A DNA stretch of 64,000 bases, from positions 248,001-312,000 of the forward strand of contig NIVC01000049.1 of the NCBI GenBank assembly GCA_002269645.1. Direction: 5' to 3'. Under the pieces are notes generated by a model. The model saw only the letters and a list, made by a program, of their open reading frames with translations. It did not search any database and was not told where the DNA came from. Origin of the DNA: Macrostomum lignano. Its lineage: Eukaryota. The position numbers and the translations under genes are program-made. Positions 13,401 through 26,446 of this stretch are shown here, piece after piece (the first letter of the stretch is position 1; each line of letters starts with the position of its first letter).

Positions 13401-16400
13401 GGGAATCAGGGGGGGGCGCCAAATTTGGGAATCAGAGGCGCCAAATCTGAGAATCGGGGGGCGCCAAATCTGGGAATCTGGGCGGGGGCGGAATCTGAGA
13501 GTCGAAAACTCAATTTAAAATAAATATAGTGATTGCTCGTACATCCCATCGTTAAGACCCTGATTACGATGTTATCCATCGCTAAGCTCTCACCTGAGCA
13601 CGAGGCCATAGATGAAGATGCCAATGCCCAGCACTGTTGGCACCCACAGCATGGAGATCATGTGACCAGACCAGGCGAAATAAAATGCAATCTTTTCGCC
13701 GAAATAATTTCGAACTTTGTCCAGCGGTTGGTACTTGCGTATTCGAGTCCACACATTGTTGAGTCGGGCTCGCTCGTCCGGGGAGTAGATCGAATTGAAC
13801 TGGCAGTCTCCCACCTGCAGAACGGCCTGTAACTTTTTGCCCTTGGCGATCTCTTCGTCTGTGGCTCGGTTCCGGTCGATTTTATAATCGCCAGGATAGG
13901 CCTTGAGCCAGTCGCGTTTCAAGCTCTTCACCCAGGGATCTCTCTCCGACGGGTCGTGCAGGATGAACGCGTCAGTGAAGACTCCACGGTGGAGCAGCTT
14001 TGGTAGGGCTGGAAGGTTGAATTGTTGTCAATCATTCAGTCGGCGAGACTTTTGGGTTGGCCTTCACGGCTGTGAATCGCTCGCATTTGCAAGCTTGGTC
14101 AGGCATTCACTGGCAATGGCAAGCAGTTCATTGCAGCCTACTTCCAGAAGCAGTCACTGGGTAGCTGGCGCCCCCTTATGTATCTGGCGCCCCCTTGTGT
14201 ATCTGGCGCCCCCCTGTGTAGCTGGCGCCCCCCTGTGTATCTGGCGCCCCCCTGTGTATCTGGCGCCCCCTGTGTAGCTGGCGCCCCCTTGTGTATCTGG
14301 CGCCCCCCTGTGTATCTGGCGCCCCCCTGTGTAGCTGGCGCCCCCCTGTGTAGCTGGCACCCCCCCTGTGTAGCTGGCACCCCCCCTGTGTAGCTGGCGC
14401 CCCCTGTGCAGCTGGCGCCCCCTGTGTAGCTGGCGCCCCCTGTGTACCTGGCGCCCCCCCTGTGTAGCTGGCGCCCTCTGTGTAGCTGGCGCCCCCCCCT
14501 GTGTAGCTGGCGCCCCCCTGTGTAGCTGGCACCCCTCTGTGTAGCTGGTGTTGTGTAGTTGGTTTGCAGATATGTACATCTGCTATGTACATCTGTTTTC
14601 CGATATTGATCTGTCGCAGCTAAATGAATATATAAGTATAAATATACCAGTCGGGAGGCCAACTAGGGCTAAGTTCGTGTGTACCCCTAAATTCAGTCGG
14701 ACTTTCTCAACACAACAGCTGGCACCCCCCTTGTGCAGGTGGCGCCCCCCTATGTAGGTGGCGCTGAGTGAACGAAGAGCAACAATGAAGTTCCAAGGTT
14801 AAAGAATTAAGTATTTAATCACTGATTAATTAGCATGTAGCATACAGATAACAAGTTTGCTAATTTACCTGTCATTGAAAGATCCTTGTCCAGCTCAATG
14901 GCAGCCGAACCAATATCCGTGTTAATCAATATGTTGTGTACCTGAAAGTAAATTCAATTTAATGTCAAATTTAACACCTAAAAAGTGGCACAAAAAGCAT
15001 TGAGGAACCGATTCTTACCAAGTAGGATCTCTGTGCCGGCCGGAAGAATGTCTCCTTGTTCTCGTGGCCCCGAAACAGGTGCAGATTTCTCCGGGTAAAC
15101 GGCCCGCTGATGAAGTCCTCTGAATTGCATTTGGTGTTAATGCATGTGATATATGATATGAGATATGTGATATGGGATATGTGACGTGATATGAGATATG
15201 AGATATGTGATATGGGATATGTGATATGTGATGTGACATGAGAAATGTGATACGTGATATGTGAAATGGGAAATGTGAAATGAGATATGTGATATGTTAT
15301 ATAGAATATTTGATGTGTTGTTGAATATGTAATATGCGATATGTAATGCGCTAAATGTGATGTGTTGACATAAGACATGTGATATGTGATATGGCCGGGA
15401 TGTGTGATATGGGATATGGGATACGGGATATGTTATATGTGATATATGATGTGATGTGATATGCGACATACAATACCATTCAGAGAGACAATAGACAAGA
15501 CTTATAATCACCTTCATCATCTTCAATCATATTGCAGCAGTCGCCAATTTTTTGAAACAAATCGAAACTCTCCAGAGGCGAAATTGTCTGTGGGGCATTT
15601 TTGTTTGCAAAAAAATTACTTTCCTGAAAAATTTGTGTACCTCACAGACAGCACAAGAAAATAAATCTGTCACTCGATTGCTTACGTCGGCTGGCAAAAA
15701 TTAGTGGAGATTACTCAAATCTGTACTAACCACAACCAACTTAGCTTAACCAGGTTGGCTATTTTATTAATAAAAGCGGAATACTTTTTGGCTTTGAAAG
15801 TTAAAAATAGGGTAGGTATATGTTGCACTTAATTATCCTAGGAATTCTTAATCTTCTTGATAAAGGGGTTGTAGCCTAGTGGTTAGAGCGTTGTCGTACT
15901 CTAGACTGAAAGGTCAGGGGTTCGATTCCCGATCCCACGGGAAAAACTTGTGTCCTTAAGCAAGACACTTAACTCTGCATTGCTTCAGTTCACCCAGCTG
16001 TAGAATGGGTGCCAGCATTAGCTGGGGTAACCCCCCAGAGTGTGGCGACCCCCCAGTCCTTGGACTGAACAGCCGTACGCAGCCTTCAGATGCACCGCGC
16101 AATAGCTGCGGCTGAGCTGTCGGTTGCACATCTGCTAATTAGGGCAGGTGTAATCAGTTATTATTATTATTATTGATTGAGAAGTCACTTATTCAACCCA
16201 TTTCTAGTTGCAGACTTTTGTCTATGGTCGGAAAGTGCCAAGGATTTGGGATTTTATGTTTTTCAGAGGCAGGGGGCTGTGTGCACCCTGGCGCACTTTA
16301 AGCGACATAGGCACACAACCGGCGAGAGGCATTACTGCCCATTCCACCGACTCCCCTGAGCAGGCGCACAAGCGCACGAATACGTACGCAGGCACACACT

Positions 16401-19400
16401 CACACAGCAGTGTACAACAGCCCTAGAAATTTGATTTCAGCTTTAATAGCTACATATATATATGTACATAGACTCGATCTTGTTCTAAACGAGCTAAAGG
16501 CTGGTAAGAAAGGTCTCCGAAAAGTATGCGTTATTTACTGAGGTCGCACTCCAAAAACCAAAATACTGTTGGATATTGCTAGAACTTTCGGAGTAGTGAT
16601 ATTTCGGGTTTATAAACTTTAGGGTTCATGGTAGTTCGGGTTTATGATATTTCGGGTTCATGGTAGTTCGGGTTGATGATATTTCGGGTTCATTGTAGTT
16701 CGGGTTGATGATATTTCGGGTTCATTGTAGTTCGGGTTGATGATATTTCGGGTTCATTGTAGTTCGGGTTGATGATATTTCGGGTTTACGATATTTCGGG
16801 TTTATGCTATTTCGGGTTTTTGATGGAAAGCGCTTTTCGGAGTTGTGATTTTTCAGGTTTGTGGTGCCCCCCCTTACTGGCATCCAACTAATTTCTAAGA
16901 AAAAATATTTTAGAGCCCGTTATAATTTACTTGTCCACGAGTACATTTTTTTCTAAAAATTGATGTAAGAAAATACTTTGCAACTTTTTTGTTAAACGTC
17001 TTTCTCTCTCTCCTCGACGATTGCACACCATTTTGGAGTTGCGAGAAAGAATTTATGGCCTGGTGGTTAATAGTAAATATGGCTTTATTACTGAAGTAGT
17101 TTTCATTTCTGCGCAAGATTGCTCACTGAAGGGTAAAACGTCTGTTCTATGTGCGACTGTTGAGAGCTTTTAGAGCAAAGAAAGCAAGAAATTTAGTCAA
17201 GATTTGGTATGAAAACCGACCCCCTGAGCATTATTCATTCAGCCTCTTGCTTTCACGCTTTGTATCTGCAGCTAAAATTAGTGACGAAAAGCACCGTAAT
17301 ACGCATTGGTTTAACTACAGCCTAATCTCTTATTAAAGATAAATGACCTTTAACTGACACATTGGCCGATTCTCTAGTTAAAGACAGCTATGACCGTTAG
17401 TTTGCACAATGACCAATTCTCTAAGTAAAGACAGCTATGACCATTAGTTTGCACAATAACCAATTCTCTAGTTAAAGACAGCTATGACCATTAGTTGGCA
17501 CAATGACCAATTCTCTAAGTAAAGACAGCTATGACCATTAGTTGGCACAATGACCAATCCTCTAGTTAAAGACAGCTATGACCATTAGTTGGCACAATGA
17601 CCAATTCTCTAGTTAAAGACAGCTATGACCATTAGTTTGCACAATAACCAATTCTCTAGTTAAAGACAGCTATGACCATTAGTTGGCACAATAACCAATT
17701 CTCTAGTTAAAGACAGCTATGACCATTAGTTGGCACAATGACCAATTCTCTAAGTAAAGACAGCTATGACCATTAGTTGGCACAATGACCAATTCTCTAA
17801 GTAAAGACAGCTATGACCATTAGTTGGCACAATGACCAATCCTCTAGTTAAAGACAGCTATGACCATTAGTTGGCACAATGACCAATTCTCTAGTTAAAG
17901 ACAGCTATGACCATTAGTTGGCACATTGGCCGATTCTCTAGTTAAAGACAGCTATGACCATTAGTTTGCACAATAACCAATTCTCTAGTTAAAGACAGCT
18001 ATGACCATTAGTTGGCACAATGACCAATTCTCTAAGTAAAGACAGCTATGACCATTAGTTGGCACAATGACCAATCCTCTAGTTAAAGACAGCTATGACC
18101 ATTAGTTGGCACAATGACCAATTCTCTAGTTAAAGACAGCTATGACCATTAGTTGGCACAATGACCAATTCTCTAAGTAAAGACAGCTATGACCATTAGT
18201 TGGCACAATGACCAATTCTCTAGTTAAAGACAGCTATGACCATTAGTTGGCACAATGATCAATTGTCTAGTTAAAGACAGCTATGACCATTAGTTGGCAC
18301 AATGACCAATTCTCTAAGTAAAGACAGCTATGACCATTAGTTGGCACAATGACCAATTCTCTAGTTAAAGACAGCTATGACCATTAGTTGGCACAATGAC
18401 CAATTCTCTAAGTAAAGACAGCTATGACCATTAGTTGGCACAATGACCAATTCTCTAGTTAAAGACAGCTATGACCATTAGTTGGCACAATGACCAATTC
18501 TCTAGTTAAAGACAGCTATGACCATTAGTTTGCACAATAACCAATTCTCTAGTTAAAGACAGCTATGACCATTAGTTGGCACAATAACCAATTCTCTAGT
18601 TAAAGACAGCTATGACCATTAGTTGGCACAATGACCAATTCTCTAAGTAAAGACAGCTATGACCATTAGTTGGCACAATGACCAATTCTCTAAGTAAAGA
18701 CAGCTATGACCATTAGTTGGCACAATGACCAATCCTCTAGTTAAAGACAGCTATGACCATTAGTTGGCACAATGACCAATTCTCTAGTTAAAGACAGCTA
18801 TGACCATTAGTTGGCACATTGGCCGATTCTCTAGTTAAAGACAGCTATGACCATTAGTTTGCACAATAACCAATTCTCTAGTTAAAGACAGCTATGACCA
18901 TTAGTTGGCACAATGACCAATTCTCTAAGTAAAGACAGCTATGACCATTAGTTGGCACAATGACCAATCCTCTAGTTAAAGACAGCTATGACCATTAGTT
19001 GGCACAATAACCAATTCTCTAGTTAAAGACAGCTATGACCATTAGTTGGCACAATGACCAATTCTCTAAGTAAAGACAGCTATGACCATTAGTTGGCACA
19101 ATGACCAATTCTCTAGTTAAAGACAGCTATGACCATTAGTTGGCACAATGATCAATTCTCTAGTTAAAGACAGCTATGACCATTAGTTGGCACAATGACC
19201 AATTCTCTAAGTAAAGACAGCTATGACCATTAGTTGGCACAATGACCAATTCTCTAGTTAAAGACAGCTATGACCATTAGTTGGCACAATGACCAATTCT
19301 CTAAGTAAAGACAGCTATGACCATTAGTTGGCACAATGACCAATTCTCTAGTTAAAGACAGCTATGACCATTAGTTGGCACAATGACCAATTCTCTAGTT

Positions 19401-19905
19401 AAAGACAGCTATGACCATTAGTTTGCACAATGACCAATTCTATAGTTGAAGACAGCTATGACCATTCGTTTGCACAATGACCAATTCTCTAATTAAAAAA
19501 ACAAACTACCAACGTCCCAGCATAATCAGACTGGGTTACCTTGTCCAGCGCCATCTCCAGTTTGAGTTTCTCAGCCTCGCGAGCCAGAACATTGAACGGG
19601 GCGTAAATCTTGATAAACATCAGCGGGTGGTCGCCGCCGTCGTTGTACTCGTAGGTCTCGGTTTCGATTCCCGGTCGGCGAGATTTCAACGTGTCCAAGA
19701 AGATTTGCCGCAATTGCGGCTTCAAGTCCGTGTGATCATCGTGATCGCAGTCCCGGTAGGTCAGCACGTAGTCGACATTGGGCAGGTGGGTTCCAGTCCA
19801 TTTAAACTCGGTTGGGCCAAGGATGTCGTCCGGTTCGCTCGAGCCCAGTCCGCTATTCACCATCAAGCCTGGGTGGCTGCTGCCGCCCAGTTTTTCGACG
19901 TCCAT
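1433..19905 (-). CDS. Anoctamin/TMEM16-family Ca2+-activated channel/scramblase, 18 exons, 1031 aa (1036 with optional microexon)
   Basis: Hand-assembled exons in transcript order: 19540-19905, 15512-15623, 15019-15119, 14869-14941, 13594-14008, [12297-12311 optional], 11020-11103, 10732-10948, 10020-10109, 9074-9229, 8936-8972, 7198-7307, 6949-7109, 6120-6309, 5333-5617, 4611-4735, 3691-4091, 2644-2736, 1433-1512. All introns are GT-AG with matching phases; total 3096 nt. Family motifs: [112 protein letters not shown]. The last three exons are less certain than the core. Paralogue identity cannot be assigned. Confidence 0.93.
1846..2578. repeat. 35-bp minisatellite (~21 copies)
   Basis: Unit GGATCAAGGAGAGTCACTGGCGGGAAGGCACTGAA, in the last anoctamin intron. 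Confidence 0.95.
2850..3005 (-). mobile_element. Same hAT MITE family, copy D (right-end fragment)
   Basis: GAGGGCCACATGCGGCCCG...CAAGGTTTGTCCCTTCTCAGCTCTCTTCTCTC matches the sequence at 40556-40660. Confidence 0.6.
3323..3459. repeat. ~137-bp imperfect palindrome (foldback)
   Basis: GTCTATGG...AGATTAAACATGCCTTTTTGAGGGAGTTATTT...GGGCC tga GGCCC...AAATAACTCCCGAAAAAGGCATGTGTAATCT...CCATAGAC. Confidence 0.85.
4815..5275. repeat. 21-bp minisatellite
   Basis: Unit GAGGGAGATTAGATGGAATCT; intronic. Confidence 0.9.
5720..6010. repeat. Degenerate ~40-bp repeat
   Basis: Recurring GGGAT(C/T)TCCCAATATTG and GGGATTT motifs; intronic. Confidence 0.6.
6358..6900. repeat. 13-14-bp minisatellite
   Basis: Unit approximately GACACCTCTTGAA; intronic. 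Confidence 0.9.
7365..8905. repeat. Composite 23-bp/22-bp minisatellite
   Basis: GTAGTGACGCCAAGAGGGAAGTT until about 7690, then GCAGTGACGCTAAGGTGGGAGT. Confidence 0.95.
9328..9957. repeat. 30-bp minisatellite grading into a ~29-bp variant
   Basis: Unit GCCCAGCAACTGAGGATCTGGGAGTCTGTA. Confidence 0.95.
10325..10700. repeat. ~66-bp tandem repeat (5-6 copies)
   Basis: Unit GTTCAGCGGGGGACGAGATTTTTTTATGAATGTACATTAAATGCCACGATAGATAGTCGCCTATCC. Confidence 0.9.
11170..11852. repeat. 20-bp minisatellite (~34 copies)
   Basis: Unit CTGTCTAACAGGATTCGATT. Confidence 0.95.
12388..13497. repeat. ~21-bp G-rich minisatellite with a variable G-tract
   Basis: Unit GCGCCAAATCTGGGAATC(G/A)G(n). Confidence 0.95.
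14152..14547. repeat. ~20-bp C-rich minisatellite
   Basis: Unit TGTGTAGCTGGCGC(n); two more copies near 14715-14762. Confidence 0.9.
15140..15465. repeat. Degenerate (GATAT/GTGAT)n pentanucleotide tract
   Basis: Direct reading; lies in anoctamin intron 2. Confidence 0.85.
15865..16174 (+). mobile_element. tRNA-derived SINE, copy 1
   Basis: A box TAGCCTAGTGG, B box GGTTCGATTCC, central GTGTCCTTAAGCAAGACACTTAAC...CACCCAGCTGTAGAATGGGT core (V/Meta-SINE-like), (TTA)n tail. Lies in anoctamin intron 1. Confidence 0.85.
16598..16860. repeat. ~32-bp TTCGGG-rich repeat
   Basis: Unit GATATTTCGGGTTCATTGTAGTTCGGGTTGAT. Confidence 0.8.
17361..19490. repeat. 47-bp minisatellite (~45 copies)
   Basis: Unit AGTTAAAGACAGCTATGACCATTAGTTGGCACAATGACCAATTCTCT, in anoctamin intron 1. 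Confidence 0.97.
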
Positions 19906-20026
19906 GGCTCAGTGGCTGAAAAGCGTGCCTTTTTATTATCAAATGCGAAGAGAGGGGGATCTTTCGGAATCATAGACCTAACCGCTTGGTATGAAATGGC
20001 TTTATAGGGAAAGGAATGGCTTAATT

Positions 20027-20320
<294 letters not shown>

Positions 20321-20689
20321 CAATAGGAGAGACATTAACACAGACACTAATACACAAAGACAGACACAGACGAGAAGAAAAGCTCTCAAGCAATTCAGAA
20401 GAGAGAGCAGACTAAACAAAACCCATCTATTGCTAAAATGATTACAAGGATAAGACAGCTGCTTAGGAGAAACTGCTTCAGCTAGACACAAAAAATGGAC
20501 AAAGAAAATTACACAGATGGAACAATATTGACTCAGGAGGCATCAGACATTTGCTAAAAGCAATCCGAAATTAACTACATAATCTTCACCTTTGCTAGAT
20601 GAGAGACGTAAAAAATCAAGTAACGAAATCAATCATGGTTTACTAGGCAAAATGTTGAAAATATACACAGAACGCAAAACACTTTAATA

Positions 20690-21604
20690 CAGGTGGGGTC
20701 GGCAACCTCTTTAGTGGCATTTCAAGGGCCAGATAGAGAATAAACATAGACTAAATGTTAGGCGAGGAAATAAAGGAGAAGAGAGATGGAAGGGGAGAAG
20801 AGAGAATTGAGAGGAGAAGAGAGAGGAGAGGAGAGGAGAAGAGAGGAGAGGAGAAGAGAGGAGAGGAGAGGAGAGGAGAGGAGAGGAGAGGAGAGGAGAG
20901 GAGAGGAGAGGAGAGGAGAGGAGAGGAGAGGATAAGAGAGGAGAGAAGAGAAGAGGAGAGGAGAAGAGAGGAGAGGAGAGGAGAGGAGAGGAGAGGAGAG
21001 GAGAAGAGAGGATAGGAGAGGAGAGGAGAAGAGAGGAGAGGAGAGGAGAAGAGAGGAGAGAAGAGGAGAGGAGAGGAGAGGAGAGGAGAGAGGAGAGGAG
21101 AGGAGAGGAGAGGAGAGGAGAAGAGAGGAGAGGAGAGGAGAGGAGAGGAGAGGAGAGGAGAAGAGAGGAGAGGAGAAGAGAGGAGAGGAGAGGAGAGGAG
21201 AAGAGAGGAGAGGAGAGGAGAAGAGAGGAGAGGAGAGGAGAAGAGAGGAGAGAAGAGAAGAGGAGAGGAGAGGAGAGGAGAGGAGAGGAGAGGAGAGGAG
21301 AAGAGAGGAGAGGAGAGGAGAGGAGAGGAGAGGAGAAGAGAGGAGAGGAGAAGAGAGGAGAGGAGAGGAGAAGAGAGGAGAGGAGAGGAGAAGAGAGGAG
21401 AGAAGAGAAGAGGAGAGGAGAGGAGAGGAGAGGAGAGGAGAAGAGAGGAGAGGAGAGGAGAGAATGCAGAGGAGAGAAGGGAGATGAGAGAAGAGAGCTG
21501 AGATGAGACACAAGCCCTGAGCGGGCCAGATTGCGATTTTGAAAATTCAAAGCACCCGAGGGCCGGATAGATGAGGTCCGCGGACCGTAGTTTGCCAACC
21601 CCCG
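20690..21604 (+). mobile_element. hAT (Charlie-like) MITE carrying an internal (GAGAG)n microsatellite, copy A
   Basis: Ends GGGGTCGGCAAC (20695) and TTTGCCAACCCC (21591), subterminal GGGCC/GGCCCG motifs, and about 750 bp of GAGAG repeat inside. Confidence 0.75.
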
Positions 21605-21679
21605 TTATAAAATGAAGCTAGGACCGCAATAACGCATGTGGTTAAGTTTTTAAATCATGTTAGAGACGCTGCACCGTCT

Positions 21680-23575
21680 CTAGGCTTCGCCAATGTACAG
21701 CTGACTCAACTTAGCAACCGCCTCAGCTTCATCTGTGCCATCAGCTGTTGTTGCCGCAGACTCCGCCAGCCGCTTCATCAATCGTTGAGCTGCCTGCTTC
21801 TCCGACTGACTAAAGAATGCCAGTGCCAATTGAAATCGCTGACAGTTGGTCAGCGCAGTCAGAATGCTGACAGTCGGTTGCGTTGGCAATTTGTCAGAGT
21901 CAGCGGCATCGAGGGCTGTCAAGAATTCGCCCAACAGGCCGAATGGAATTTCTGAGGCGAACAAGTTCGAGTAAACTGACGGCGCCAGGCTTAGCAGGTA
22001 GCTGCGGCTGAAATAATGAAGTTTAGTACAAATTTTTTACAGGTTTGTAGCCTGACAACGACAAACACTTTTTTGATGTTATCGCTGTGCTATTTGGCGG
22101 AAAAGTCTCCAAGTGAGAATATTTCATTCGTTGTCTTCTTATATTAGTTTATATTCTTTTTAAATTCTTATGTCCATTAACTCTAGGACTACCTCCGTTA
22201 TTGTTGTTGCTGTTGTTGTTTACTGTGTGCTTGTTGTTGTTGCTGTTGTTGTTTACTGTGTGCTTGTTGTTGTTGCTGTTGTTGTTTACTGTGTGCTTGT
22301 TGTTGTTGCTGTTGTTGTTGTTGTTCACTGTGTGCTTGTTGTTGTTGCTGTTGTTGTTTACTGTGTGCTTGTTGTTGTTGCTGTTGTTGTTCACTGTGTG
22401 CTTATTGTTGTTGCTGTTGTTGTTGTTGTTTACTGTGTGCTTGTTGTTGTTGCTGTTGTTGTTGTTGTTGTTCACAGTTTGCTTGCCGTTGTTGTTCACT
22501 TCTTTGTCGTTGTTGTTTACTGTGTGCTTGTTGTTGTTGCTGTTGTTGTTGTTGTTCACTGTGTGCTTATTGTTGTTGCTGTTGTTGTTGTTGTTCACTG
22601 TGTGCTTGTTGTTGTTGCTGTTGTTGTTTACTGTGTGCTTGTTGTTGTTGCTGTTGTTGTTGTTGTTCACTGTGTGCTTATTGTTGTTGCTGTTGTTGTT
22701 GTTGTTCACTGTGTGCTTGTTGTCGTTGTTGTTCGCTGTTTGTTTCGTTGTTGTTCACTGTTTGCTTGTTTTTGTTGTTGTTCACTGTTTGCTTGTTGTT
22801 GCTTTTCTTCACTGTTTGCTTGTTGTTGTTGTTTTTAATCACTGTGTGCTTGTAGTTGTTGTTGTTGTTGTTGTTTTTGTTGTTGTTGTTGTTGTTAATC
22901 ACTGTGTGCTTGTTGTTGTTGTTGTTAATCACTGTGTGTTTGCTTTGTTGCCGTTGTTGTTGTTGTTAATCACTGTGTGCTTGTTGTTGTTGTTCACTTT
23001 GAGCTTGCTTTGTTGTTGTTGTTGTCAAATGTTAGACAAAATAACAGGAATTTCTCTTAAAGTTTTAGGCTCGTACGCAGTTTATCTTCGCAATTTCATG
23101 CCAGCGTTTTGCTTGATCGCTTACAATAAATGCCACCTCCCTTTGAGTTAAGAGACGGCTCATCAAAAATGAGCGAGGGCCCTCTGAGCACTCACCGATC
23201 CTCAGGAGTCTTCAACGATTGCCAAATTCTCACAAACTGCTGACAACTGGCAGGCGGCTCTCCAGTGGATGAAGTGGCGCCTAGCAGGTAGCTTCCGCTG
23301 TCCCCCCGGCCGTCAACTCCCGCACCGCCACCTCCGCGGCTTCGACCGCGATTCCACAGTCCGGTCTCGTTGGTTCGAATCTCGGTGACTTTCTCGCCGC
23401 GATCCAACGGCTTCAAATGGCTGGCGTTGACGATTTCTTTGAACTCTTCGTAGCTGGCTACGCGCTGGTTTACTGCACGAAATTTTGCATCGTTTTTCTC
23501 CCAGTAACGCCTATCGGCTTCTACCGCCTGCTCCAGCTCCCGTTCCAGCCTGTCCAGATTGATCTCGGCTGTCAT
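21680..23575 (-). CDS. CCDC103: CCDC103 dynein attachment/assembly factor, 2 exons, 235 aa
   Basis: Exons 23196-23575 and 21680-22007 with a phase-2 GT-AG intron. N-terminal dynein-attachment motif LDRLERELEQAVEADRRYWEKNDAKFRAVNQRVASYEEFKEIVNASHLKPL, then RPAP3-C-like domain QFVRIWQSL...RSYLLSL...LFASEIPFGLLGEFL...RFQLALAFFSQSEK. Confidence 0.92.
22199..23025. repeat. (GTT)n with periodic ACTGTGTGCTT interruptions
   Basis: Fills most of the CCDC103 intron. Confidence 0.95.
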
Positions 23576-26446
23576 GTCTGACAAGACTATTGGCCTGTAG
23601 ATATATCAGAAACAGTATGTGAACAAAGGTTCAGAAACACTATTAAAATGTTATTTTCCTTAAGTTATTTAAAACAGTCTGTATACTAACTTTCGGTGGT
23701 CATTAATTTTTGATTCAAATGTATTTATTTACAATCTTGTAAATTATTCTACTAAAGTATATCAATCAAATCAATGTAAAAATCAAACCATTGTAGCTCA
23801 TTAAATGGTGGATTATTTGGATTTTTACTCTAAGTTGTTAGACTCTTAAATCAGAAATCAATACTAAACGTATTTCTTATGTTATTTGACAAAGTAGACA
23901 TTAGATTCTATTCAGCATATATGAGCTATTAGTTAAATTATGTTTTAAAGGCAAAAATAATTTCTTTTTAAAATTAGCTATGAAAGCAACTCAATCTGTC
24001 AAGAGACATTGGCTAGCAACTACATGTGATGCTTTATAGTGACCTATATAAAATACAATAAAACCTCTTACATAATTCTAAGCAAAAGGTTTATCGCCAT
24101 TCTTCTTCAATTTAAAGCTGTTAAAATGTGTAATTAGTGAAAAAAATTATAGCAGCGAGAAAAGTGATCGCAAAGCTGAAACGGCGGGCTAAATAGCCAG
24201 CGGAGGGGGGCGGGGCTAAGTACAACCCGCCCCAAACAGATGCACAAAGGCAGGATGGGTGGCTGATCACTAAATCTGGTTTGCACAAGTTGCGAGCACC
24301 TATGCAAACCATTGCAATTCCTTAAAAAATATATGTAGGTGCTCTTACATAGAGGAAAATTGCAACCTACAGGCTAAAGAAAAATCCAAAGCAAAAACTT
24401 GGTCAATCATTTTGGTCAATTTCTATACCTTCTGCGCAGTGCGCACACGTTATACAATACAATAAATTACAATAAAATGCTCCATTCACGACAGGATCAA
24501 AACAATCTGACGGGCTCTAAATAATTTTAGGATATGCCTACATAGAAATAGGGCAAATGAAGCAGTCAAGAATTAAAATAAATCGAGACACATTCAATAA
24601 TTCGATATTTTTCTACTTCGCTGCCTCGTGTATATTAAAATTGACATCTTATTCATAAAACGATAAAATTCATGTTGTTAAGTCCAATGGTACCAACAAA
24701 AATGTTATGATTGGTCTCAACTATAAATATTATAACGAACTTTATAAACGTTTTTTACACTACACAGTTAATAAAAAGACTAAAAACAAAATAGACAACA
24801 GAATGAAAGTAATTGCTTTGTTTTACTAGTTTAAAAAACTACAGATTAGTTTAAGATTTTGACAATGCTACATTTCGTTTAATAATATATGCAAAATATA
24901 GGACTCGCATTGGAATTCATAAAGTAGCTTCAGATGTCTTCAAGCATTGCCTCTCTCTTCAATGACAATAGTACTAATGTTTTATTATTTAATTAATATT
25001 TGTATTCATCTATCTACTTTTTATGTACTGTACTGGATGTCAGTAAAAATTATAATAGGGGCCTAAACTTCCCTAAAGCAAGCACAGCTGCACAGGAAGC
25101 AATAGATTCTAGAATTCAACTTGAAATAAATGGCAGTTGTTATTGTTACTGTGATTGTATAAATAGTGAGACAGTTCTTTTTAGGGTCAACTCATAAAAC
25201 AAATGGGGTCCTAGGCCTACCATCCAAATTAAGTAGGCTCTAAAGAACTTGCAGTGCAAAAAATAGTTAAATTAAAAAATGTATACTAAAATAGTATTAT
25301 ATAAATTAAAAATTAATACAATGGTAACTTCTAGTGGTTCTTGTTACTAATACTAACATTAGCTAGCTTAGTTTAGGTAATTGTTTACTATTAATTTAAA
25401 TGAAATTACCTTCCCATGGCCATGACCATTAAAATAGGCCTAGCCATTTTTCTTCCTATGTAAAAAGTACCTTTTAGGTATAGGCCTATAGATTAATAAA
25501 GGATTCATTCACTGCTTGTTTAAGTTGGAAACATTTAATTTCTATAAATATAAAAGGATAAAACATTTAAAATAATTCTATACTTTACCTTTGTTGCTAA
25601 ATTAAAATTATAGAAGCAAGCTAAAGTCTAATTGCATTGAAAAAATCATCAATATAATATAAAGATTATTATCTTTTTAAAATACTAATCATTGTCTTTT
25701 CATTTAAAATGAAAACAAGTTTTAAGCATCATATTATAGAGAGTATAGTTTATATTCTTTTAAAAATTACTTTTTTTAAAAATCACAATTTTTTTGCAAA
25801 TTTAAAGTTTTGTTTTAAATTATTTTTTAAACATCATATAAGCTAATTAATGTATTGGGTTATTTAAAAAGCCAGAATATAATTTTTTATTTTGGAACCT
25901 ATAAGTAGCATATATACAACCTCTAGAATTACACTGACCATGTGACTTTTTTATTGAAAATGCAACTTAGTTTTATAATTAAAGATAGGAAAAAATGAAA
26001 AGGACAAATTATTTTCAAAAGGAAACATTGAAAATATAGCTAAGCTGCCATAGCAATAGGTGTAAGACCAAGATGGCCACACACCAAGATGGCCACAGCT
26101 GGGGTGGGGGTCATGGAAAATGACAGCTGGTTTACTATTGGATAGCTTCGGGTAGGGAGATGTGAGGTTTAGACAGGCAGTCAAAATTTTATTAGCATTG
26201 CAGGGCTAAAGACAAAAATGGTTACGAGTCTTAATTTCCTACTTATAGTAGGGCCCTAAAAGGTGTAAACGTATTTCGCATTAAACAAATCTCTTCATAT
26301 TAAATCTGGTGTAGCTTATTTCCATTTCTCTTATTGGTCAAGACTAATTTACTTGTTTAAAGGGATAAAAACTGGGTAAATTTCATGCCCTGTTCAAAAT
26401 TCATCTGTCTCATTCACTGACAGCAGTCTAAGCACTTAGATATAAA

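Noticed and set aside
12339-13523. 394-aa Gly-rich ORF and overlapping ORFs (also those at 1792-2564, 6214-6720, 7322-7673, 9051-9946, 14138-14662, 36131-36608)
   Set aside because: These are translations of intronic minisatellites, open in several frames on both strands.
15865-15940. tRNA gene (also at 49045)
   Set aside because: A and B boxes are present, but no convincing cloverleaf or acceptor stem is seen and the sequence continues into a SINE core and tail.
21680-21964. Separate small gene or first anoctamin exon
   Set aside because: It splices in phase to 23196-23575 and completes the CCDC103 RPAP3-C-like domain, ending in its own stop codon.
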